A stretch of 64,000 nt of DNA from Bacteroidota bacterium (GTDB lineage: Bacteria > Bacteroidota > Ignavibacteria > UBA10030): the NCBI GenBank assembly GCA_035286705.1, contig DATECW010000088.1:2853-66852 (forward strand). The letters are read 5' to 3'. The position numbers and the translations under genes were made by a program. Each line of letters begins with the position of its first letter. Position 1 is the first letter of the stretch. This document shows, one piece after another, positions 57,288 through 64,000 of the stretch. Below the pieces are notes generated by a model, which worked only from the letters and a program-made list of their open reading frames with translations, had not been told where the DNA came from and searched no databases.

Positions 57288-57858
57288 GGTTGGGTCCGAT
57301 GAGAGTGAGGAACTCGCTTCTTGTTTTCACGTCATCGCGGAAGCTGCCGATCATGGCACTTGTCGTGGCCATGGAACTCTGCTTTTCCACTCCGCGCATC
57401 ATCATACAGAGGTGTCTTGCTTCAACAATGACACCGACTCCCAGGGGGTTCAACCACTCAAACAACGTGTCGGCAATCTGCTGGGTCATGCGTTCCTGAA
57501 CCTGCAGCCGGCGGGAAAACACTTCGACAATGCGCGGCATCTTGCTGAGGCCGATGATCTTTCCATTGGGGATATAGGCGATATGGCATTTCCCATAGAA
57601 AGGAAGCAAGTGATGTTCACACAGACTGAAAAAATCGATGTCTTTCACAATCACCATCTCGCTGTACCGTTCCTTGAACACCGCTCCGTTCATTACCTCA
57701 TTGATATCCTTTTTGTAGCCCTGGAGAAGGAACTCGTACATTGAAGCAACCCTGGCCGGGGTGCTTTTGAGGCCCTCGCGTTGCGGGTCCTCGCCCCATT
57801 GAGTAAGGAGATCCTTGATCAACGATTCAGTTTTGCGGACGTTCGATGGCATTCTCAT
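57277..57858 (-). CDS. folE: GTP cyclohydrolase I
   Basis: [18 protein letters not shown] is a near-identical pattern to FolE, including the zinc-binding Cys/His. Confidence 0.9.
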   Translation of the reverse strand: MRMPSNVRKTESLIKDLLTQWGEDPQREGLKSTPARVASMYEFLLQGYKKDINEVMNGAVFKERYSEMVIVKDIDFFSLCEHHLLPFYGKCHIAYIPNGKIIGLSKMPRIVEVFSRRLQVQERMTQQIADTLFEWLNPLGVGVIVEARHLCMMMRGVEKQSSMATTSAMIGSFRDDVKTRSEFLTLIGPNLAK

Positions 57859-58268
57859 TCTCCCCGATACTCAACAACGTTATTTTCGGTTTCATGAAGG
57901 CGAATGGAAAAGAGCTTACCCTCCGTTATCCTGGGCGCCAGAAGATTCCATATCACCACGGCAATGTTTTCTGCCGTGGGAATCACCCCTTTGAATGACT
58001 CGACATCGAGATTCAAATGCTTGTGATCCATCTTTGAAAGCACCTCTTCCTGAATGATCCGCTTCAGTTTCTTGAGATCTATGACGTACCCCGACTTTTT
58101 CCCCGGTTTTCCGGCAACAGTCACTTCCAGCACGTAATTGTGCCCATGGCCATGTGGATTGGCGCATTTGTCAAAGAGCTCGTTGTTTTCGGCATCCGAT
58201 AACGCAGGATTGTACAAACGATGGGATGCACTGAATGTTGAACGACGAGTAACATAAACGGTGTTCAT
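57855..58268 (-). CDS. 6-pyruvoyl-tetrahydropterin synthase family protein (PTPS / QueD)
   Basis: [29 protein letters not shown] carries the Cx3HGH zinc/catalytic motif. 137 aa. Confidence 0.8.
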   Translation of the reverse strand: MNTVYVTRRSTFSASHRLYNPALSDAENNELFDKCANPHGHGHNYVLEVTVAGKPGKKSGYVIDLKKLKRIIQEEVLSKMDHKHLNLDVESFKGVIPTAENIAVVIWNLLAPRITEGKLFSIRLHETENNVVEYRGE

Positions 58269-58729
58269 TGATTTCCGATAATCTCCAAAACTTGTTCTGT
58301 ATGCCCGTCCACTTTGACCTTCCTGAAAATCGCAGTTATCTTTCCTTTTTCATCAATCACGAAGGTGGACCTTTCAATTCCCATGAACTTCCGCCCATAC
58401 AGGCTTTTCTCCCTCCAGACACCGTATGCTTTGATAGTCTTTTCCCCCGAGTCACTCAGCAGAGGGAACTTCAGCCCGAACTTGCCAACGAATCGCTCAT
58501 GTGACTCAAGAGAATCCCCGCTGATGCCGAGGACGACGGCGCCGGAGGACCGGATCGAATCGAAATGCTCATTAAATGAGCAGGCCTCCCTGGTGCAGCC
58601 AGACGTATTGTCTTTTGGATAGAAATAGAGCACCACCTTTTTTCCCCGGAGATCCTTCAACCGGAGATTCATCTTGCCGCCGGTCACCGGAAGGTCGAAT
58701 TCAGGAGCTTTGTCCCCGATCTTCAGCAT
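58265..58729 (-). CDS. bcp: Thioredoxin-dependent peroxiredoxin Bcp (PrxQ)
   Basis: YFYPKDNTSGCTREACSF has the peroxidatic Cys in the conserved context. Confidence 0.85.
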   Translation of the reverse strand: MLKIGDKAPEFDLPVTGGKMNLRLKDLRGKKVVLYFYPKDNTSGCTREACSFNEHFDSIRSSGAVVLGISGDSLESHERFVGKFGLKFPLLSDSGEKTIKAYGVWREKSLYGRKFMGIERSTFVIDEKGKITAIFRKVKVDGHTEQVLEIIGNQ

Positions 58730-58741
58730 CGTTTTTGTCTC

Positions 58742-59269
58742 TCAGAATGGTAGAATCAGTGTGATAACAACGCAAAGACCAAGGAAAAGGTTCACAGTAA
58801 GCAGCATCATTGAACGTCCCACCGCCCGCCGAATCCTCCGGATTTCCTCGTTGCCCGGATCGGTGATTTCCGATGTGTGGAGCCTCGATCGCAGTGCCTC
58901 GATTCCGGGAAGCATCGTAAACCGGAGATAGACTGTCAGCAGAGTTGCAAGTGAAGTGAGACTGAGGGCAATTCGCAGCTTGAGGCCGATCGAGTCAGAG
59001 AGAAGAAGGAGTTGCAGGTAAAGAGTCGCGAGAAGAAACACCTGGAGGAATGCAAGGAGTCCATTATAGCGCCTCATAATAAGAGCTACCAATTCGCTTG
59101 CCCCTTCAAGGGGTGAAGTGCGAAAAGCGGACGGCGCCACGATAGTCAACAGGACTGTCGTTCCGCCGATCCACAGCGAGAGACAGACGAACTGAAGAAT
59201 CAGGACCAAATACGTCATCATGGAGGGTAGAAAGAGCAGCGGGTCGCTTGTGCGACCCGCGGGTTTCAT
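58742..59269 (-). CDS. Hypothetical integral membrane protein (DUF4149-like)
   Basis: Four or five predicted TM helices. Sits between the two peroxiredoxin genes. Confidence 0.4.
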   Translation of the reverse strand: MKPAGRTSDPLLFLPSMMTYLVLILQFVCLSLWIGGTTVLLTIVAPSAFRTSPLEGASELVALIMRRYNGLLAFLQVFLLATLYLQLLLLSDSIGLKLRIALSLTSLATLLTVYLRFTMLPGIEALRSRLHTSEITDPGNEEIRRIRRAVGRSMMLLTVNLFLGLCVVITLILPF

Positions 59270-59751
59270 TTGATGGCCGTGAGAGCCGAGGATATTTCAT
59301 CATAATTCGGTTCAACGCCGGGACTTTCGGTAATCCATACGTATGTGACCTTGCCATGCTTATCAATCACGAATATGGATCGTTTGGATGCAGTGTAACC
59401 GGAGACTCCTGCGAAATCGTTATACAAGCCCGCGTATTGCTTGCTCACGATCCGATCGTGATCGGAGAGCAGAATGAATTGAAGTTTGTTCTGTGTGGCA
59501 AAGGCTTTGTTGGCAAATGGGCTGTCAATGCTGATGCCGACAACATGCGCATTGAGTGTGTTCATCCCCGCCATGGAATCCTGAATCGCGCACATTTCCT
59601 TTGTACATACGCCAGTGAACGCGCCGGGATAGAATGCCAGAACCGTGCTCTTTCCGAGGAATTCCTTCAACGAATGCGGTTTCTTGTCATAGTCAAAAAG
59701 CGTAAACTCGGGGGCTTTGTCCCCAACTTTGACCGGCATAGTGACCTCCAT
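59266..59751 (-). CDS. Peroxiredoxin, AhpC/TSA-Bcp type
   Basis: FYPGAFTGVCTKEMCAIQD gives the Cp...Cr spacing typical of Bcp. Confidence 0.8.
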   Translation of the reverse strand: MEVTMPVKVGDKAPEFTLFDYDKKPHSLKEFLGKSTVLAFYPGAFTGVCTKEMCAIQDSMAGMNTLNAHVVGISIDSPFANKAFATQNKLQFILLSDHDRIVSKQYAGLYNDFAGVSGYTASKRSIFVIDKHGKVTYVWITESPGVEPNYDEISSALTAIK

Positions 59752-59864
59752 CGTGTTCTAGGATTGTTCCCTTTGGGAACGAAGTGTATGTTCGTGAAAG
59801 CAAAGCGTCCCCTTCTCTTTCTGCGAAAGAGAGGGGTACCCTCCAGGGAGAATCGTGCGGAAGG

Positions 59865-60260
59865 CTACTCGTTGAGAAGACACTCAGAGCACGTTCCAAA
59901 GAAATCCAGCCGGTGAGTGTAGACAATGCCCGGCACCGAGTTCTTCACGCGCTCATTGAGATCTTGCTGCGGTGGCACATCGAGATCCTTGACCCCTCCA
60001 CATTGCATGCAGACGAAGTGATAATGCTCGTCGACGAATGCATCATAGCGGCGGGATGTCTCTCCAAAGTCGAGTTCTCGGACTTTTCCCTGTTGCTTGA
60101 GAATATTGAGATTCCGATAAACAGTTCCAAGTGAAATCTTGGGCATCTGCTCACGGACTTTCTCAAATACCCACTCGGCTGTCGGGTGAGAACGCGTTTT
60201 CCTCAGAGTCTGGAATATTCTTTCACGCTGCTTACTGCGTTTGGTAATCAGAGTTTGCAT
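59865..60260 (-). CDS. Fur family transcriptional regulator (PerR-like by context)
   Basis: Winged helix N-terminus. HYHFVCMQCG and FGTCSEC metal-site motifs. Adjacent to the peroxiredoxins. Confidence 0.75.
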   Translation of the reverse strand: MQTLITKRSKQRERIFQTLRKTRSHPTAEWVFEKVREQMPKISLGTVYRNLNILKQQGKVRELDFGETSRRYDAFVDEHYHFVCMQCGGVKDLDVPPQQDLNERVKNSVPGIVYTHRLDFFGTCSECLLNE

Positions 60261-60371
60261 GAATTGTCCTCGAGAAGGTGAAGTTGGACAAAAAAAAGAT
60301 ATCGAATAATGAGAGTAATGTCAAGAACCATTCCGAAAATCATACCTGTTTGTCCTAAAACGGAACTCTCG

Positions 60372-60417
60372 TGAACAATGCAATGTTCATCATCGTGTTG
60401 CAGCACACGCATTGCAT
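60372..60417. promoter_or_regulatory. Candidate operator: palindrome TGAACAatgcaaTGTTCA overlapping an 8-bp inverted repeat ATGCAATG..(24)..CATTGCAT
   Basis: Read directly in the divergent intergenic region between the Fur-family gene (start 60260) and the + strand ORF (start 60447, with RBS agaaggag). Confidence 0.4.
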
Positions 60418-60446
60418 CGAACAACAAAACCAGAGAAGGAGATCGC

Positions 60447-60833
60447 ATGGCAAACGTTGCTCTCTTTTTGTTCCTGCTTCTATCTGTCGCAATGCCACAG
60501 GACACGGCGAATCAGCTCCACGAAGTCACCATCGTAGGGGAAGTGATTGACACGAAATGTTATCTGACACAGGATTCAGAACTCTCGACTGGGGAGAAGC
60601 ACCGGGAGTGCGCGATCAAATGCGCAAAGCGCGGCATTCCGCTCGCTATACTGGAAGAGAAAACGGAGAAGGTGTATTTTACAACCAAGGAACGCGGTAA
60701 CTCCGACGCGAACGAGATGCTTCTTCCGTTTGTCGGTGAGCGAGTTGAGGTGCACGGTACACTTGCTGAGAAAGGCGGGGCAAGACTGCTTCTTGTTCGC
60801 AGTGTCGAAAGGTCGCGCACGATTCCGAAATGA
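60447..60833 (+). CDS. Hypothetical secreted protein (3 Cys)
   Basis: Signal peptide MANVALFLFLLLSVAM. Good RBS. No recognised family. Confidence 0.45.
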   Translation: MANVALFLFLLLSVAMPQDTANQLHEVTIVGEVIDTKCYLTQDSELSTGEKHRECAIKCAKRGIPLAILEEKTEKVYFTTKERGNSDANEMLLPFVGERVEVHGTLAEKGGARLLLVRSVERSRTIPK

Positions 60834-60893
60834 ACTGCTACCGCGTTTGAAGTTAGACCACTTTTCGCTATATTAGCAGCCCAAAACCATTCG

Positions 60894-60980
60894 GGAAGGG
60901 TGCGAGAGTGGTTGAATCGGCCGGTCTCGAAAACCGGTGTGGCCTCCGGGCTACCGTGGGTTCGAATCCCACCCCTTCCG
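60894..60980 (+). tRNA. tRNA-Ser (anticodon CGA)
   Basis: Acceptor stem GGAAGGG/CCCTTCC with discriminator G. Anticodon stem CCGGT/ACCGG with loop CTCGAAA. Long variable arm (GTGTGGCCTCCGGGCTACC). T-arm GTGGGTTCGAATCCCAC. Confidence 0.85.
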
Positions 60981-61033
60981 CAAAACTACGTCCATACAAC
61001 GGACTCCGTTTTGCAGGGATCTTCAGTAGACGA

Positions 61034-62464
61034 TCATCCCTGCTTGCCGCCGGCAGTAAATCCTTTTCGTTGCATCTCTCCCCATGATCGCACGTCCCTC
61101 ACAAAGTAGTCCCAGAAGGCTTTTACCCTCCACCAGGTAGTCAATTGCCGGTATCCGAAATTCTCAATGACACCAATAGAAAGCAACAAGGCAAGATCCC
61201 GCGGTCGAGGGTATCGCTGGAACGAAACCTCCTCAAGAAGGACAGCTCCCACTGAGAACATCACTCCGTAGAAGAGGGCGACGATAAAAAAGAGAACAGC
61301 CAACTTCATGTCAAGAATCCCCAATGCATATAGCCCTGTGAGCGAAGCGTAGCCAAAAAACTCGATTGCCGGACCCAACAGCTCGACGAAAACAAAGTAT
61401 GGCATCGCAGCAAGCCCAATGACGCCATACGCCGGATTAAACAACATCTTCCTGTGAATCAACATTGTATCAAGCAAACCCCTATGCCATCGGTTGCGCT
61501 GGCGCGAGAGCATTTTGAACGATTCCGGCGCTTCCGTCCAGCAAACCGGATCCGGGACGAACACCACCCTGTAGGGTTCTTTCTTTTCCCTCTTCATCCG
61601 ATGAAGCCTTGTGATCAGCTCCATGTCTTCACCAACAGTATCCCGACGGTAGCCTCCTGCCTCAACAAGGGCATCCTTCCTGAAGAGACCAAAAGCTCCG
61701 GAGATAATGAGTAAACCATTGACACCGTGCCAGGCCATTCTGCCGGACAAGAAGGCCCTGAAGTATTCCACAACCTGAAAAACCGGAAGGAGCCGGCTTG
61801 AAAGCTTGACGTTCACCACTCGACCGTTCACCACTTCGCACCCGTTCGCAATGCGTACAATCCCCCCCGCTGCAACGACCGTGTCATCCTCCAAGAACGG
61901 CTTGACAACGCGAAGCAGAGCATCGTCTTCCAGGAGCGAGTCGGCATCAATGGAGCACACGAATTCGTGCCTTGCCGCATTGATTCCGGCATTCAGCGCA
62001 TCTGCCTTTCCTCCGTTTTCCTTGTCAACCACAACCAGGTTTTTGTGCTCAGTTTTGGTAGACCGATAGATTCCCCTCACCTCTTTGCATGGAAGCACGG
62101 GAGCATAGAGCTGCTTCGAAGGAAGAAGATGGAATTCCCGTTGAAGACGGTCCAGGGTTCCATCTTTCGACCCATCATTGATGACGACAACTTCGAAATT
62201 CCCATAATTCAGTTTCATAAGGCTCCGCACGCTCTCAACGACCGTTGCCTCTTCATTGAATGCAGGCGCAATAATTGACACGGGCGGCGTAAGCTCCGAC
62301 TGAACCATCACCCGGTAGTTGCTGAAGGCATTATGGCGCATGTATCGCATGATTTCCCGGAACGAGAGAATGAGGAGGACAGTATACGTCACATTGACGA
62401 CGATAAAGAAGCCCGTCACAAAATACATGTAGTATTCAGCCGCTATTTCAAGGATGCCGATCAT
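61034..62464 (-). CDS. Processive family-2 glycosyltransferase (PgaC/IcaA-like poly-beta-1,6-GlcNAc synthase type)
   Basis: N-terminal TM helices. DGSKDGT, DADS and QRNRWHRG (QxxRW) motifs. C-terminal TM cluster. Confidence 0.75.
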   Translation of the reverse strand: MIGILEIAAEYYMYFVTGFFIVVNVTYTVLLILSFREIMRYMRHNAFSNYRVMVQSELTPPVSIIAPAFNEEATVVESVRSLMKLNYGNFEVVVINDGSKDGTLDRLQREFHLLPSKQLYAPVLPCKEVRGIYRSTKTEHKNLVVVDKENGGKADALNAGINAARHEFVCSIDADSLLEDDALLRVVKPFLEDDTVVAAGGIVRIANGCEVVNGRVVNVKLSSRLLPVFQVVEYFRAFLSGRMAWHGVNGLLIISGAFGLFRKDALVEAGGYRRDTVGEDMELITRLHRMKREKKEPYRVVFVPDPVCWTEAPESFKMLSRQRNRWHRGLLDTMLIHRKMLFNPAYGVIGLAAMPYFVFVELLGPAIEFFGYASLTGLYALGILDMKLAVLFFIVALFYGVMFSVGAVLLEEVSFQRYPRPRDLALLLSIGVIENFGYRQLTTWWRVKAFWDYFVRDVRSWGEMQRKGFTAGGKQG

Positions 62465-63597
62465 GATTGTGGCTGGAGCCCCTCAACCTCCTCAAGAACA
62501 TGGAGGGCGATTGCCTTGACAAGGCTCTCACTGTGGTCGGTAAACAGGCGAAGCTCTTCGAGCCCGGCGTTCCCCGATTTCGCGAGAGCACGGGCCGCAG
62601 AAATACGTTCCTGAATATCCCCCGACGTGATGCGTTCTTTCAGTCGAGGAATGGATCCCGGCGAACCGACGCGCTCGAGTGCCTTGACGGCGCTTGACCT
62701 GATGAGCGGGTAGGGATTGGAGAGGAGATCGCGAAGAAGCGGCTCCGACCGTTCGTCACTGAGCCGGCCAAGGGCTTCTATCGCCTTGGAGCGTACGATC
62801 ACATTGGGATAGTCTTGCGCCATCGCGACAAGAGGTTCCACCGCCGACACGAAACCGATTTCCGCGAGCATCTCAATCGAGAAAAGGATGACCGATTGAT
62901 CCTTGTACTGCAAAGCCTCAATCAGGTAGGGAATGGATTTTTCTTCGAACTGTCTCACGATGATCGACAGTTCGAGTGTTGTCCATCTCGACAGGCCCTT
63001 TACCATTTGGAAAATGGTCCTCAGCGCTTCAACTCCCACCAGAGCCACGAGAGATTGCATCGCCTGATTGCGAACGTCATCGTGATCGTCGGTCAATGCA
63101 GCGGTCAAGGCGGGAGTTCCTCTCCGTGCCCGCAGCAAACCAAGGTTCCGCGCCGCGTGCGCACGCACCCACCAATGCCTGCTTCCCAAAAGAGCGATTT
63201 CTTCATCGACGAAGCCAAACGAATAGAAAAAATATTGCAGCCGGTCCAGAGATTCTCCCGACAGGTCCCTGGCAAAATCAATGAGCACGTTCCGAATTGC
63301 AGTGCGATGCAAGCCCTTTCTGGCCCTGGACGACCACGAGAGCCCGCTTTTCACGGGAGCGAGAAGACTCTCGTACTGATCGAAGACGGCGCTTTTTCGG
63401 GATCCGGAAAGCTCGGGCAACGGCTGCAAAAGTAGGTCGGCAAGCAATCCCGAATAGTACCGGTACAGCCGTTCCGTGCTGCGTGACTGACGGAGTTCGA
63501 TCCACTTGTTGATAATCAGGCCAACACTCACCACGATAACAAAGAATGTCGCCCCCACGGCAAGTGCAATGACAATAAGGAATTCGATCGAAAGCAT
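62461..63597 (-). CDS. HEAT-repeat (PBS-lyase-like) membrane-anchored protein co-transcribed with the GT2 synthase
   Basis: N-terminal TM helix. Repeated HEAT-like units (VRSKAIEALGRL, IRSSAVKALERVG, ISAARALAKSG). 4-nt overlap with the GT2 gene. Confidence 0.6.
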   Translation of the reverse strand: MLSIEFLIVIALAVGATFFVIVVSVGLIINKWIELRQSRSTERLYRYYSGLLADLLLQPLPELSGSRKSAVFDQYESLLAPVKSGLSWSSRARKGLHRTAIRNVLIDFARDLSGESLDRLQYFFYSFGFVDEEIALLGSRHWWVRAHAARNLGLLRARRGTPALTAALTDDHDDVRNQAMQSLVALVGVEALRTIFQMVKGLSRWTTLELSIIVRQFEEKSIPYLIEALQYKDQSVILFSIEMLAEIGFVSAVEPLVAMAQDYPNVIVRSKAIEALGRLSDERSEPLLRDLLSNPYPLIRSSAVKALERVGSPGSIPRLKERITSGDIQERISAARALAKSGNAGLEELRLFTDHSESLVKAIALHVLEEVEGLQPQS

Positions 63598-63602
63598 TGT
63601 TC

Positions 63603-64000
63603 TCAGAACAAAAAGGAAAGTGTCACAAGGGCGAGATGGGAGTCAGACGGCGAGTTCCTTGCCGTGTATTGATACAGGACTTCGATTGCGAATGGCTTGC
63701 TCACCCGTGATTTCAATGCCGCGAAACCACCGCTTGTCTTCAGAGCAGAGAGTTCATTGAACGTTGTCGCCCGAAATGCTTCAGTACCCGTGAAGGCACC
63801 AACGCGCAACACTGTCAAGGGATCCAGCGAATAGTACACAGCAGCGGTCGTGGAATTCGTGGTGGCGCCTGAAGAAGTCAGGCCGACATACACCTTCACT
63901 GTCAACCAGGCATCACCCGTCATGTACCACGTTGCTCCAGGTTGAAGAATATGGGCATGTGCTGAATCGAATTTCACATACCGATAGCCTCCGATCAATT
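63603..64000 (-). CDS. Outer-membrane beta-barrel-like protein, C-terminal part (runs off the window end)
   Basis: Alternating hydrophobic pattern. The C-terminal residue is Phe (...LVTLSFLF). The ORF is open to the window edge. Confidence 0.4.
   Translation of the reverse strand, partial: LIGGYRYVKFDSAHAHILQPGATWYMTGDAWLTVKVYVGLTSSGATTNSTTAAVYYSLDPLTVLRVGAFTGTEAFRATTFNELSALKTSGGFAALKSRVSKPFAIEVLYQYTARNSPSDSHLALVTLSFLF

Noticed and set aside
57855-58268. Calling the PTPS-family gene queD and the locus a queuosine operon
   Set aside because: queC/queE/queF are not nearby, and two SDR reductases follow instead. A BH4-type pterin route fits better, though the PTPS/QueD distinction cannot be made by eye.
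60981-61033. gcaaaac...gttttgc stem after tRNA-Ser as a terminator or attachment site
   Set aside because: The 21-nt loop makes it a weak terminator. No integrase, direct repeat of the tRNA 3' end or foreign gene block follows, so no evidence of an integrated element.

Overview
This 64-kb window looks like chromosomal DNA from a Gram-negative bacterium of the Bacteroidota/Ignavibacteriota/Chlorobiota (FCB) group. A T9SS C-terminal sorting domain, a TonB-dependent receptor with a CarboxypepD_reg N-terminus, a BamD homologue and roughly 50-55% GC support that placement. About 90% of the genes are on the minus strand, in long tightly packed arrays.

The main blocks are:
(1) nt 160-20000: a roughly 19-kb co-directional metal-homeostasis island. 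It carries a cusC-cusB-cusA-type RND efflux operon followed by about ten small secreted or membrane metal-binding proteins. These include YHS/TRASH domain proteins, a TCPMHP-type HMBD protein, Met/His-rich proteins, paralogous lipoproteins, and a P-II-like (PII-NG-type) domain fused to a two-TM membrane module. The island also holds a TonB-dependent receptor with a DUF2318-like/FtsX/ABC/DUF4198 uptake module and a signal-peptide-bearing CbiX chelatase. This is the best candidate for an undescribed system.
(2) 21.5-25.7 kb: trehalose genes, namely an OtsA-OtsB fusion and TreT.
(3) 25.9-28.1 kb: a putative c-di-AMP module, with a DHH/DHHA1 phosphoesterase and CdaA fused to a YbbR (CdaR-like) domain.
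(4) 28.2-33.3 kb: a System I cytochrome c maturation operon ccmABC(D)EF. Its CcmE carries the CxxxY variant motif, and a 200-bp palindromic repeat insertion lies between ccmB and ccmC.
(5) 33-45 kb: a T9SS metallopeptidase, BamD, two CapA paralogs, a C-N hydrolase, a REC-REC-PAS/GAF histidine kinase cluster, DAHP synthase and LemA.
(6) 45.7-60.3 kb: panD, bcd-hbd-thiolase, rho, folC, pyrDK, and a translationally coupled Bcp-PTPS/QueD-FolE-SDR-SDR-TPR operon (candidate pterin/BH4 synthesis linked to peroxide defence) with a Fur/PerR-like regulator.
(7) 60.9-64 kb: tRNA-Ser(CGA), then a PgaC-like GT2 synthase, a HEAT-repeat protein and an outer-membrane barrel (partial).

No transposase, integrase, CRISPR array or rRNA was seen.
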